A stretch of 64,000 nt of DNA from Elusimicrobiales bacterium (GCA_049972095.1 JBMFKQ010000004.1:5727-69726); one strand, 5' to 3'; shown: positions 18,436 to 28,988, numbered from the stretch's first letter. Made by a program: numbers and translations. The notes: generated from the letters alone by a model not told the origin.

Positions 18436-19656
18436 CTAACTCTGTGTTTTTAATAACACTACTTTTTTAAAATAAAAAAGTGCTATAAATCTTCCTATTG
18501 TTGAAAGTCCAAGAAGGAGAAGAAAGGGTGAAAAGCTGGTTTTAACTCCGTCATAAAGCAAGCCACCTATAATTGAGCCAAGAAACTGTGCAATTGACAT
18601 TACAAATATAAGACAAGCTGTATATCTTGTTCTTTCTTTTGACTCAACATATTCATATATTATTGTATTGTATACTATTGAAAAAGCACCCCACACAAAG
18701 CCCGAAAAAACCTCAACTAATAGAAGATACCAAAAATTCTTAGTAAGCATCCACAAAAGTGATATGAAAGGTATAAACAAAAGCCCTTTTTCAAGTGTTA
18801 GGACACTTCCATATCTATCAACAATCCTTCCCCACCCCCTAGCACTTATCCAGATAAGAACCTGTCCAAAGCTTGTAAGAAACATATATCTCATATAATC
18901 AAACTTTAACTCTTTTAAAACATAAACACTGAAATATGGAGCTGCAATATATACAGAAAAAAGAAGAAGAAAAATTGCTGTAAAAATCTTTTTCATATAA
19001 CTATTCAAACTGAAACTAAGAAAATCATAAAAATGTGTATATTTTTGAGGTATATGAAATTTTTTCTCAGGCTCATACATTAAGCTCACATAATATGCTG
19101 ACAAAAACCTAAAAAAGGATGCAAGTATAAAAAAAACAAAGAGAATCTCCTTTTCAGATGAATGGTATTTTTTTAGAAAATAACCTACGATAAAACTTGA
19201 AAGAAAAAAAACAACACCTATAATCTGTAGTCTAATGCCAAAAAATCTTCCCCTCTTATTGGCTGGAAGATACTCTCCCATAAGTGTAGCCCATGGTGCT
19301 GAGGCTATTGAACCAGAGAAATTATAAATAATAATCATTAACAAAAAAAAATACTTTGCCCACCAAATATTAATAAATATACTAAAAGAGATTATAAAAA
19401 TTGTCAAAGCCTGAACAAAAACTGCACGAAAAACAACCTTTTTACATGATCTCAACCTAACAACAAGCATCTCAGAAACTGTCTGTGAGAGTGATGAAAG
19501 AAGAGATGGAATTGATCTTAAAAAACCTATAAAAAGGTTGTTTGAGCCAAGATTTATTGCAAAGGGAATAATGTAAGGCTCAACAAAACCAACCATAGAA
19601 GCCCAGCATATTCCATCCTTAATAGAATATTCAATAGATTTTCTTACCTTATTCAT
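18436..19656 (-). CDS. MFS transporter
   Basis: ~12 TM, WGRIVDRYG motif-A-like, RGRFFG. Confidence 0.85.
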   Translation of the reverse strand: MNKVRKSIEYSIKDGICWASMVGFVEPYIIPFAINLGSNNLFIGFLRSIPSLLSSLSQTVSEMLVVRLRSCKKVVFRAVFVQALTIFIISFSIFINIWWAKYFFLLMIIIYNFSGSIASAPWATLMGEYLPANKRGRFFGIRLQIIGVVFFLSSFIVGYFLKKYHSSEKEILFVFFILASFFRFLSAYYVSLMYEPEKKFHIPQKYTHFYDFLSFSLNSYMKKIFTAIFLLLFSVYIAAPYFSVYVLKELKFDYMRYMFLTSFGQVLIWISARGWGRIVDRYGSVLTLEKGLLFIPFISLLWMLTKNFWYLLLVEVFSGFVWGAFSIVYNTIIYEYVESKERTRYTACLIFVMSIAQFLGSIIGGLLYDGVKTSFSPFLLLLGLSTIGRFIALFYFKKVVLLKTQS

Positions 19657-19722
19657 TTAAAAGGAATTATCTATAAATCCATTCACAACTAAACTATGTA
19701 TTAAAAAACACAAAGAACAATA

Positions 19723-20718
19723 TTACTTCTCAACTATCTTTATCCCTGAATTTTCACCGACATTAAATGAATAGCTATTTCCCTCAAGAACAGCATTCGG
19801 ACCTATTATTGAGTTTGAAAGATTCAAATTTTTTATCACCGCCCCTTCATTTACAATTGAGGAGCTTACTATTGAGTTTTCAACCCTTGCATTATCTCCA
19901 ATAGAAACATAAGGACCTATAATAGATGATTTAATCCTTGCAGATGGTGATATATAAGAGGGAGCTATTATAACGCTTCCTTTTATTTTACATGACAACC
20001 TCTTTGAACTGAGTATGTAGGTATTTGTTTCAAGAAGTGTTTCTGATTTTCCACAGTCATACCAGCCATTTATTTTTACTGCAAGCATCTTATAACCCCT
20101 TTTAACCATAAGCCTCATAGCATCAGTTAGCTGATACTCATTTTTCGTTTTTATACCTGATTTTATTATCTCATCAAGAGCAGAATAAAGCTTTTTAGAA
20201 TCAGGAAATGAATATATCCCTGATATAGCAAGATTTGTTTTTGGATTTTCTGGCTTTTCAACCATATCAACTATAAAATTATCATCAGAAACCTCAACTA
20301 TACCAAATCTCCTTGGATCACTCACCTCTCTTACACCAAGCCTTGCTATTTTAAGATCCAAAAAATCCTTTATATCAGCATCTATTATCGTATCACCCAA
20401 GATTATTAAAAGAGGACCTTTAACACATCTTCTTGTAAGCCATACTGCATGACCAAGGCCTTTTTGCTCTTTTTGAGTCACAAAAAAAGCTCTTACTTTC
20501 CTGCCATATTCTCTTTCAATATAATCCTTAACCTTTTCACCTAAATAACCTATAACAAAACATATATCTTTGATACCACAATTTAAAAGTTTATCAACTA
20601 TATGACCAAGTATTGGTTTATCCCCAACGGTTAGAAGAACCTTAGGATATGTATATGTATGCGGTTTTAATCTTGTTCCTGCACCTGCAACAGGAACCAC
20701 AGCAGTATAATGACTCAT
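19723..20718 (-). CDS. Sugar-phosphate nucleotidyltransferase (long-form glucose-1-P thymidylyltransferase-like)
   Basis: AGAGTRLKPHT, PKVLL, GLGHAV, EKP, EYQLTDA, WYDCG, hexapeptide-repeat C-terminus. Confidence 0.9.
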   Translation of the reverse strand: MSHYTAVVPVAGAGTRLKPHTYTYPKVLLTVGDKPILGHIVDKLLNCGIKDICFVIGYLGEKVKDYIEREYGRKVRAFFVTQKEQKGLGHAVWLTRRCVKGPLLIILGDTIIDADIKDFLDLKIARLGVREVSDPRRFGIVEVSDDNFIVDMVEKPENPKTNLAISGIYSFPDSKKLYSALDEIIKSGIKTKNEYQLTDAMRLMVKRGYKMLAVKINGWYDCGKSETLLETNTYILSSKRLSCKIKGSVIIAPSYISPSARIKSSIIGPYVSIGDNARVENSIVSSSIVNEGAVIKNLNLSNSIIGPNAVLEGNSYSFNVGENSGIKIVEK

Positions 20719-20726
20719 ACATCCTC

Positions 20727-21011
20727 CTATCTTTTTAAAATCAAGCCTGAGATTACTGTTATAAAAACTATAAATGAGTAGAAAGAATATCGGTAGTCAG
20801 ATATATGATAAAAACCAACACAAAGCACTATTATTCTTATAAGTGGGGTTATTATCAGAAAAAAAACTGCATAGCTTGAAATATACCAGGAAATAGCGCC
20901 GCTTACAGGAGCAATGAGATAAGATATAACTCCTGCAAAAATGTATATGACAACCCCTACTCTAAGCACAAAACTAACAATTGAAAATATCTTCTTTTCC
21001 TCGCTTTTCAT
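20727..21011 (-). CDS. DUF1634-like small membrane protein
   Basis: VLRVGV, LIITPLIRI; usual TauE partner. Confidence 0.7.
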   Translation of the reverse strand: MKSEEKKIFSIVSFVLRVGVVIYIFAGVISYLIAPVSGAISWYISSYAVFFLIITPLIRIIVLCVGFYHISDYRYSFYSFIVFITVISGLILKR

Positions 21012-21838
21012 CTGAAAACCCCAGTTATCATCTTAAAACTCACAGCCATAAGCAAGGCTGAGAATACAAGCTGAAGGGTTGAGTTTTTAGCACGATAGAG
21101 CATCTTCATACCAAATATGCTTCCTGCAATGACTCCTCCAATAAGAAAAAACGCTATATCATTAACAATATAATTTTTTTTCCAGAGTATCAAGGAACTT
21201 GCGCAGGCAGAAAGACCTATCATAAAATTGCTTGTTGATGTAGCAACCTTCATTGGCAGCTTACATATTATATTCATAACAGGCACTTGAATTAAACCAC
21301 CGCCAAGTCCGAAAAGGCCGCTAAGCATACCGCTGAAAAAAGACAAGATAAGGGCTGTTTTCTTTCTACAAACGGAGTAGTTTACTGTTTTTCTTAATGA
21401 ATGATCATAATATGAGTAAACCTCACCCTCACAAAACTTATTAAAATCTTCATTATCCTTTTTCTTTCTTGATTTGAGATACATACTAATAGCTGTTGGA
21501 AGAAGCATAAACGCAAAAAGTAGCTGAAGGATTTTTGGGTTTATGGATATCATTAGATATGTAGCAATAATTGATCCTAAAGCCATCGTCATTTCAAAAA
21601 GTATTCCAATCCTTATATTTGCAAGCCCTCTTTCAACATTAACAGAAGCCACAGCACTTGATGTTGCAATTATTGAAACAAGAGAAACTGCTATCGCATT
21701 TTTTATTGGCAGATGAAAAACCATCATAAGAAAAGGCACTATAAATGCCCCCCCACCTATTCCCATAACAGAACCAATTATTCCAATAAAAAAACCAAAC
21801 AACACAAGAATTACTACATCGTGAAAAGAAAAAATCAT
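21008..21838 (-). CDS. TauE/SafE family (TSUP) exporter
   Basis: GIGGGAFIVP and GLGGGLIQVP repeats, KVATSTSNFMIG. Confidence 0.9.
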   Translation of the reverse strand: MIFSFHDVVILVLFGFFIGIIGSVMGIGGGAFIVPFLMMVFHLPIKNAIAVSLVSIIATSSAVASVNVERGLANIRIGILFEMTMALGSIIATYLMISINPKILQLLFAFMLLPTAISMYLKSRKKKDNEDFNKFCEGEVYSYYDHSLRKTVNYSVCRKKTALILSFFSGMLSGLFGLGGGLIQVPVMNIICKLPMKVATSTSNFMIGLSACASSLILWKKNYIVNDIAFFLIGGVIAGSIFGMKMLYRAKNSTLQLVFSALLMAVSFKMITGVFR

Positions 21839-21963
21839 AAGAGTTAATTAAATTTTATCATTTTATGAAGTGAAGCTTGCAGACTCTAAGTCGCATTTCA
21901 GTATTAAAAAACAGATTAACAAAAAATACTAAAATATAGTTGTACTATCTAAGGAGGTAAAAG

Positions 21964-23007
21964 TTGAATACTCTGGTACTTTTTGCCCTTGTTGTGATAA
22001 TAATAGCTGTTCTTGTTTTGCCTTTTTCTGTTAAAAAGGTTGAGGAAGAGCTTGAGATATTCCTTTTCATAATGGGTACAATTTCATTAACAGTTTCAAA
22101 TCTCTGGAGTAAAGATCTAATAATTCAAGCATTAAAAGAGCCAATACCAATATCCATTACAGTTCTTATTATGGGACTTCTCTTTAAACTTTTTAGGAAA
22201 AAACTGATATATCTTTCAAAAAAACTCATAGAGAAATATAAAGCCGAATTTGTTGTTTTCTCTGTTGTATTTGTACTTGGGGCATTTTCAAGTATTATAA
22301 CTGCGATAATAGCAAGTTTAATACTTTCAGAGATTATAAGCATAATGAAATTTAAAAGAGACTATGAGATAAAAATAACAGTTCTTGGATGTTTTGCAAT
22401 AGGAGCAGGAGCAGCACTAACACCAATAGGAGAACCTCTCTCAACAATAGTTGTATCAAAGCTTAAATCACCTCCACATAATGCAGACTTCTTTTATCTA
22501 ATCAAAAACCTTGCTCATTGGATTATACCAATTATAACAGTATTTTCACTTCTTGCATCAAAAAAAGCATCAAAAAACCTATCAATGCAAGATGGGCTTA
22601 CGGAGGAATATATTGAGACATCAAAAACAATTATTCTTCGCGCTTTTAAGGTTTATCTTTTTGTTATGGCACTTGTCTTTCTTGGAACAGGAATAAAGCC
22701 ACTTACACAAGCTGTCATCACAAAACTAAAGCCAGAGATACTCTATTGGATGAACTCAATATCAGCTATACTTGACAACGCAACCCTTGCAGCAAGTCAG
22801 ATCATACCTGAACTTTCAGACAGACAAATAACATTCATAATAATGGGATTGATAATATCTGGTGGTTTTTTAATCCCCGGAAATATACCAAACATAATCT
22901 GCGCTTCAAAACTAAACATAAAATCAAAAGAGTGGGCAAAATATGGACTTTTATATGGAATTCCTACGATGGTTATATACTTTTTTATTCTTTATTTCTT
23001 TGCATAA
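21964..23007 (+). CDS. DUF1646 family membrane transporter (IT superfamily)
   Basis: VEEELEIFLF, GAALTPIGEPLSTI, SAILDNATLAA, GGFLIPGNIPNII; TTG start after AAGGAGG. Confidence 0.85.
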   Translation: MNTLVLFALVVIIIAVLVLPFSVKKVEEELEIFLFIMGTISLTVSNLWSKDLIIQALKEPIPISITVLIMGLLFKLFRKKLIYLSKKLIEKYKAEFVVFSVVFVLGAFSSIITAIIASLILSEIISIMKFKRDYEIKITVLGCFAIGAGAALTPIGEPLSTIVVSKLKSPPHNADFFYLIKNLAHWIIPIITVFSLLASKKASKNLSMQDGLTEEYIETSKTIILRAFKVYLFVMALVFLGTGIKPLTQAVITKLKPEILYWMNSISAILDNATLAASQIIPELSDRQITFIIMGLIISGGFLIPGNIPNIICASKLNIKSKEWAKYGLLYGIPTMVIYFFILYFFA

Positions 23008-23018
23008 ATGGAGGGAAT

Positions 23019-24425
23019 ATGAAAGATACAAAAAAGAAGAAAGACTGGCCATGGAAGACAATAATAGAGCCTTTTAAGATAAAGATGGTTGAACCACTTG
23101 GTTTTACAACATATGAAGAAAGGCAGAAAATCCTTGAGCAAGCACACTATAATATGTTTAATATAAAAGCAGAAAAGGTTCTGATAGACCTTCTTACAGA
23201 CAGCGGGACGAATGCTATGAGTGCAGATCAATGGGCAGGAATAATGGTTGGTGATGAGTCATATGCAGGTGCGAAAAGCTTTTTTCACTTCAAACAAACA
23301 ATTGAAGAGCTTACAGGGCTTGATGAGATTATACCAGTGCATCAAGGAAGGGCTGCTGAAAGGATACTTTTCACAGTCTTAAATGGCAAAGGTAAATATG
23401 TTATATCAAACTCCCACTTTGACACAACAAGGGCTAATGTTGAAGCAAGTGGAGCAATTGCAGTCGATTTTCCAATAAAAGAGGCATTAGATTTTGATAA
23501 ATATCATCCATTTAAAGGGAATGCTGATGTTGAGAAAATGGAAAGGTTTATAAAAGAAAAGGGAGCGGAAAACATACTTCTTTGTGTTATGACAATCACA
23601 AACAACTCATGGGGAGGTCAGCCTGTTTCAATGCAAAATCTTAAAGAGGTTTATGAGTTGTGCTCAAAATATGGAATAAAGGTATTCATTGACTGTGCAA
23701 GATTTGCTGAAAACGCATACTTTATAAAGATAAGGGAAAAGGGTTATGACAAAAAGCCTGTTATAGAGATAGCAAAAGAGATGTTTGAATACTGTGATGG
23801 AGTTATGATGAGCTCAAAGAAGGATGCTTTGGTAAACATTGGTGGTTTTCTTGCAATGAATGATAAAGAGCTTGCTAAAAAAGCACGTCAGCTTCTTATA
23901 CTCACAGAGGGGTTTGTAACATATGGTGGCCTTGCTGGAAGGGATCTTGAAGCAATAGCAATTGGACTTAAAGAAGCAGTTGATGAAAACTACTTGCAAT
24001 ATAGAATTAGAAGCGTAGAATATCTTGGAGAGGGACTTTTAAGACACAACATACCAATAATATATCCAACAGGAGGGCATGGAGTTTATATAAATGCAAA
24101 AAAACTCCTTCCTCACATAAAACACCACAACTTTCCTGCACAATCACTTTGCTGCCGGCTCTATCTTGAAGGAGGGATAAGAAGTGTGGAGATAGGAACA
24201 CTTATGTTTGGTAAGAAAGATGAAAAAGGAGATATACTGCCGGCACCGATGGAGCTTGTAAGAATGGCTATACCAAGAAGAGTATATACACAAAGTCACA
24301 TAGATTATGTAATTGAGGTTGTCAGTGAGGTTGCAAGAAAGAAAGAAAGTATAAAAGGTCTTAAAGCCATTGAAATACCTGATATACTACCTCATTTTAC
24401 AGCTAAGCTTGCTCCCCTCTCATAG
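23019..24425 (+). CDS. tnaA: Tryptophanase (PLP beta-eliminating lyase)
   Basis: IDLLTDSGT, HQGRAAE, MSSKKD (PLP Lys), RMAIPRRVYT; FDTT, VEIG and HFTA are the TnaA residues rather than the Tpl ones (FTTT, ERG, FFTA). Confidence 0.9.
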   Translation: MKDTKKKKDWPWKTIIEPFKIKMVEPLGFTTYEERQKILEQAHYNMFNIKAEKVLIDLLTDSGTNAMSADQWAGIMVGDESYAGAKSFFHFKQTIEELTGLDEIIPVHQGRAAERILFTVLNGKGKYVISNSHFDTTRANVEASGAIAVDFPIKEALDFDKYHPFKGNADVEKMERFIKEKGAENILLCVMTITNNSWGGQPVSMQNLKEVYELCSKYGIKVFIDCARFAENAYFIKIREKGYDKKPVIEIAKEMFEYCDGVMMSSKKDALVNIGGFLAMNDKELAKKARQLLILTEGFVTYGGLAGRDLEAIAIGLKEAVDENYLQYRIRSVEYLGEGLLRHNIPIIYPTGGHGVYINAKKLLPHIKHHNFPAQSLCCRLYLEGGIRSVEIGTLMFGKKDEKGDILPAPMELVRMAIPRRVYTQSHIDYVIEVVSEVARKKESIKGLKAIEIPDILPHFTAKLAPLS

Positions 24426-24428
24426 TAT

Positions 24429-26420
24429 ATGCAGGTATTATTGGAAAAAGCCAAGGAAGAAATATTAAAAATTTGTAGAGTAAGCTGTGATGAGCTTTCA
24501 AATCTTATATACTCATCAGATGCTTCAATGATAAAAGCAAAACCAGCAGGTGTAATACACATAAATGATATTGATGAGATATCAGCTGTTGTAAGAATCC
24601 TTTACAAAAACGGAGTTTCATTTACGCCAAGATGTGCAGGCACAAACCTAAGTGGTGGGGCAACGAACAGTAAAGGTGGATTTATAATAAATCTTGCTCA
24701 ATGTAGAAAAATACATCAAATAGACACTCAAAAACAGATTGCCGTGGTAGAGCCTGGTGTTGTAAACATACATCTGCAAAAGGAGCTTGAAAGGTTTGGT
24801 TTTTTTTATCCGCCTGATCCAGCAAGTCAGAAGGTTTCGACAATAGGTGGTAATATTGGAGAAAATGCAGGCGGTCCAAGATGTATAAAATACGGTGTTA
24901 CATTGAATAACGTGCATAGTCTTGAGATTGTCCTTCCTGACGGAACAGAGAGTTTTTTTTCAGTTGATGATTATGGGCCTGAGCTTATAAATCTTTTTAT
25001 AGGAAGTGAAGGGACACTTGGAATAATAAAAAAGGCGTATCTCAAAATATTTCCTATTCCATCTTTTTCAGGTGTAATATATGCAGAGTTTCATACACTT
25101 GAAGATGCTATGAAATCTGTTGAGGATATTATATCATCAGGTATCATTCCGGCAGCTATAGAAGGGCTTGACAGAATGACTGCTGAGCTTGTTCTTAAAA
25201 AAGAGCTTGATAAAAAGATTGAAGGCATGTTGATAATTGAGATAGATGCACATGATAAAGACGAGTTCTTAAAACAGAAACAGGATATTGAAAATATAGT
25301 AAATAAAAGAGCAGTTCTGATTAAGTTTTCAGATGTAAAAGAGGAGATAGAAGAACTTTTCAGAATAAGAAAGGATGCATATCCATCTCTTGCAAAAATA
25401 GCAAATAATATACTTGTTGAGGATGGATGTGTGCCAAGAAGTGTTCTTTCTCAAGCGGTTAAAGAAATAAAAGAGATAATATCAGAAAATGGGCTAAAAG
25501 CAACCCTTGTTTTTCATGCAGGTGATGGGAATATTCATCCAAATATAATCTTCGATGAAAGGGATGTAAAAGAGACAAATAGAATAAGAAAGTTAGCTCG
25601 TAAAATTCTTGATGTTTATCTTAAATACAACGGAACAGTAAGTGCAGAGCATGGTATAGGGGTTGAGAAAAGGGGATATGTTGCACTCCAGCATGATAAA
25701 AATATACTTGAGATATTGTATAAGATAAAAAATCTAGTTGACGAAAAGAATCTATCAAATCCATACAAAAAAATACCTCTAACCTCAGATATACCGAAGA
25801 AGATTAAAAGGAAAACATATTATGTATCTGATTATCTAAAAGAGTTAGAGAATGAAATAAAAAAAAGATATAACACCAACACACCAAGTATAATTAAAGG
25901 CTCATCAACATATCTTAAAGGTGATTGGGGATTAAAAGAGCTTTCATCAAAAGATTTAAAAAGAATAGTTGATCTTGACACAAAAAACCTGATACTCATT
26001 GCAGAAAGTGGTATAAGCATTGATGTATTAAATGATCTTCTTAAAGATGAAGGATTTATGACACTTCCATACAAAGGAACACTTGGAGGTTTTGTTTCTC
26101 AAGGCTTGTGGCACCAAATAAGGGAGCTTATAGTTTTAGTTGATGTAATACTAAGCAATGGTGTGGTTTTACATTTAGGTTCAAAAAACATAAAAGACAC
26201 AAGTATATATGAGATAATGAGAATATTTATAGGCTCAAGAGGGAGTCTTGGTTTCATAACATCAGTTGGGATAAAAATATTTAAAGGCAAAGGTGATATA
26301 AAACTCACGCCTAAAAAACTTATCAAAAACATCTCCCCAATTCATCCAAAAATAAAAAAAGCCTTTGATGAAAAAAATCTCTTTAATCCCTTCTTAACAC
26401 AGGAGCTATATGGGAAATGA
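24429..26420 (+). CDS. FAD-linked oxidase GlcD fused to a truncated GlcE-like domain
   Basis: FYPPDPAS, STIGGNIGENAGG, GSEGTLG, FHAGDGNIHP, SAEHGIG; second FAD-binding domain with TLGG, GSRGSLG, KKAFDEKNLFNP. Confidence 0.85.
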   Translation: MQVLLEKAKEEILKICRVSCDELSNLIYSSDASMIKAKPAGVIHINDIDEISAVVRILYKNGVSFTPRCAGTNLSGGATNSKGGFIINLAQCRKIHQIDTQKQIAVVEPGVVNIHLQKELERFGFFYPPDPASQKVSTIGGNIGENAGGPRCIKYGVTLNNVHSLEIVLPDGTESFFSVDDYGPELINLFIGSEGTLGIIKKAYLKIFPIPSFSGVIYAEFHTLEDAMKSVEDIISSGIIPAAIEGLDRMTAELVLKKELDKKIEGMLIIEIDAHDKDEFLKQKQDIENIVNKRAVLIKFSDVKEEIEELFRIRKDAYPSLAKIANNILVEDGCVPRSVLSQAVKEIKEIISENGLKATLVFHAGDGNIHPNIIFDERDVKETNRIRKLARKILDVYLKYNGTVSAEHGIGVEKRGYVALQHDKNILEILYKIKNLVDEKNLSNPYKKIPLTSDIPKKIKRKTYYVSDYLKELENEIKKRYNTNTPSIIKGSSTYLKGDWGLKELSSKDLKRIVDLDTKNLILIAESGISIDVLNDLLKDEGFMTLPYKGTLGGFVSQGLWHQIRELIVLVDVILSNGVVLHLGSKNIKDTSIYEIMRIFIGSRGSLGFITSVGIKIFKGKGDIKLTPKKLIKNISPIHPKIKKAFDEKNLFNPFLTQELYGK

Positions 26421-27742
26421 AAAGATATAATGAACTATATACCCCAAATACCCCTCATCTCAAAGGCATCATAACCCAAAACGGCACTTTTGATATATAT
26501 GATGCTGTCTCAAGATGCACAAGGTGTGGATACTGTATTGAAACATGTCCAACATATGCTATCTTGAATGATGAAAGGCTATCTCCAAGAGGTAGAAACA
26601 TAACAGTCAGAGCTCTTATAGAAGGAAGGTTAAAGGATGTCAGATATGCATCCTTTTCTATAGATAGTTGTCTTTTATGCAGTGCATGCAGTGATGTTTG
26701 CTATGGTGATGTTCCAACACCAGATGTAATCCTTGAGGCAAGAAGAGAAAAAAGAAGTTTATATGAGCAAGCAATTTTAAAATTTATTCTCAGGATGAGA
26801 GAAAAGGCAAATGTATTTGATCTTATTGTGAAAATATTTTATCTTATGATAAAAGCAGGGCTTTTAAAAATTGCAGATAAGCTTGGATTTTTTAAGCTAA
26901 TTGGGTTTCCTGCACTTTGTGAAGTAAGCAAAAAACTTTTTAATCCCCCCCTTAAATTTTTACATGAGAGCATAGAAAGATATATAAACATCAACCAAAA
27001 TACACCCACAAAATGGGTATATTTTCTAACATGTGGAACAGACTATCTTTTCCCCAATGTAGGCAAATCAACACTAAGGGTAATGAACAAGATATTTGGA
27101 AACATTATTTTTATGAAGAACAAATGCTGTGGGCTTATATCTTATAACTATGGTGATTTAGAAGATGCAAGAAAGCTTGCCATTGAGAATATAAACATAT
27201 ATCTGGAACTTAGAAAAATACATAAAGATCTTTTAATAGTCGTTGATTGTTCAAGCTGTGCTGCTTTTATGAAAAAATATCCACAGCTGTTTATAGATTC
27301 TTCCTATTACGATAGCGCAATTGAATTCTCATCAAAGGTAAAGGATATAATAGAGGTTATAAGACCCCAACACATCACTGGACCTTTACCCAAAGAGCTA
27401 AAAAACAAAAAAATCACTATACATCATTCATGTAAGGCATATCGTGAAGAAAAGTTAAAAGACAATCAAGAAAAAGTGCTTCTTCCCCTTTTCAAAGAAA
27501 ACCTTATAAACCTAGATGAGGTTATGTGCTGTGGAGGTGCAGGGGCATATACCTTTACACATCCTCAATACTCACACCAAATACTTTTAAGAAAAATCAA
27601 AAACATAGCAGAAACCCACGCTGAGATAACTGTTGTAAGCTCAACAAGCTGTCTTATGCAGCTTGGCTATGGTAAGACAAAGTATTACCCCTACACAGAG
27701 GTAATTCATTACATCGAGCTTATAGACAAAATAATAGGGTAA
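26417..27742 (+). CDS. GlcF-like Fe-S subunit (two 4Fe-4S motifs plus two CCG domains)
   Basis: CTRCGYCIETCP, SPRGR, CLLCSACSDVC, CCG twice. Confidence 0.88.
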   Translation: MKRYNELYTPNTPHLKGIITQNGTFDIYDAVSRCTRCGYCIETCPTYAILNDERLSPRGRNITVRALIEGRLKDVRYASFSIDSCLLCSACSDVCYGDVPTPDVILEARREKRSLYEQAILKFILRMREKANVFDLIVKIFYLMIKAGLLKIADKLGFFKLIGFPALCEVSKKLFNPPLKFLHESIERYININQNTPTKWVYFLTCGTDYLFPNVGKSTLRVMNKIFGNIIFMKNKCCGLISYNYGDLEDARKLAIENINIYLELRKIHKDLLIVVDCSSCAAFMKKYPQLFIDSSYYDSAIEFSSKVKDIIEVIRPQHITGPLPKELKNKKITIHHSCKAYREEKLKDNQEKVLLPLFKENLINLDEVMCCGGAGAYTFTHPQYSHQILLRKIKNIAETHAEITVVSSTSCLMQLGYGKTKYYPYTEVIHYIELIDKIIG

Positions 27743-27749
27743 AAAATTC

Positions 27750-28967
27750 TTATCTCAAAAAATCTGAAAGGAGTTTTCTATTTTCAAGCTCTTTTAAAAA
27801 GCTTTGAAGGAAATAACCTTCAAAAATATCATCTATAACCTCAAATATATCAAAACCATTGTCATATGCTTTTTTAAACCAGAAGTATGTTCTTTCGAAA
27901 TTCCTCTCTGCCTTCCACCACCAACATGCCCTTAATATATTGATCTTGGATGTTGTATCATCATCGCTGATATATTTTCTTGCCTCATCATAATTATCAA
28001 GATACATCTCAACAAGTGCCCTCATAGATTTGTAGGATAAATTTGTTTTTGACTGAAAATATGATTTGAGAATACTTTTAGCAACAGAGAAATCCATTGC
28101 TGCAGCAATATGCTTTCCATATGAAAGGTAAATTGCCCCTCTTGCTATATAGTATGAAGGGGATATATAAAAATCTCCAAATACTAAACCCTCACTCTCA
28201 ACAGCCACATTTATATCCTCCTCAGCCATATCATAGTATCTGTGATAGTCTTGTTCAAAACCTAAGAGCGATCTCTTAACCTTATCTACGAGTATGGAAG
28301 GAATTGAGTTTTTTGCTATAAGTTTAAGTAGTGATGCAATAGTTGCATAAATAATAGCTCTGTTTAGTCTGTAGATACTATGTGAAGGTTTTATTTCTAT
28401 TAAACGATTAAAATCATTAATAACCCCTACATAATTTTTTGTCAATAAATTTATATTTGCCCTTAAAACATAATAATCAGCTGCTGATGGCTTCATCTTT
28501 ATCGCTAAATTTATATCACCTATCGCACCATTAATCATCCCCATTCTATATCTTGTAAGCGCTCTTCTGTAATAGATATCTGAACCCCTTTTACCATTTT
28601 TTATCGCTTTAGTATAATACTCCTCTGCCAAAGAGTATTCTTTCTTATCATATAATAACCTTCCAAGTTCATAATAAGCAAATGGATCTCTATCGTTGAT
28701 ATCTATAACCTTTTTAAGACACTTAAAAGCCATATCCTCATCCTTCATCATCCTATATACAATGGCAAGATTATAATAAACAATACTCTCATCAGGCTTT
28801 ATAAATGATGCATGAGTAAAATCCGAAAGGGCAAGTTCATATTCATGCTCTTGCATATAATAGAGTCCCCTTTCAAGATATAACCAGAAAAGATCATCAT
28901 TACTCCCCTTTTTTGAAAGCTCCTCTATAAGGTGGGTATAATATTTTATTCTATCCCTTGTATCCAT
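27750..28967 (-). CDS. Tetratricopeptide repeat protein
   Basis: ~34-aa periodicity (YYNLA, YYELG, YYRRA, YVLRA). Confidence 0.85.
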   Translation of the reverse strand: MDTRDRIKYYTHLIEELSKKGSNDDLFWLYLERGLYYMQEHEYELALSDFTHASFIKPDESIVYYNLAIVYRMMKDEDMAFKCLKKVIDINDRDPFAYYELGRLLYDKKEYSLAEEYYTKAIKNGKRGSDIYYRRALTRYRMGMINGAIGDINLAIKMKPSAADYYVLRANINLLTKNYVGVINDFNRLIEIKPSHSIYRLNRAIIYATIASLLKLIAKNSIPSILVDKVKRSLLGFEQDYHRYYDMAEEDINVAVESEGLVFGDFYISPSYYIARGAIYLSYGKHIAAAMDFSVAKSILKSYFQSKTNLSYKSMRALVEMYLDNYDEARKYISDDDTTSKINILRACWWWKAERNFERTYFWFKKAYDNGFDIFEVIDDIFEGYFLQSFLKELENRKLLSDFLR

Positions 28968-28988
28968 TACATAAGATTATACAAAATT

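Noticed and set aside
21839-21963. Na+ riboswitch (DUF1646 RNA motif) upstream of the DUF1646 gene
   Set aside because: Only a small hairpin (TGCAGACT-CTA-AGTCGCA) is present, upstream of the likely -10 box, and I could not recognise the conserved aptamer core; an Infernal scan would settle it
22932-23018. Extended tnaA start or tnaC-like leader peptide
   Set aside because: It overlaps the DUF1646 CDS; a good SD supports ATG 23019; no TnaC-type arrest peptide is present
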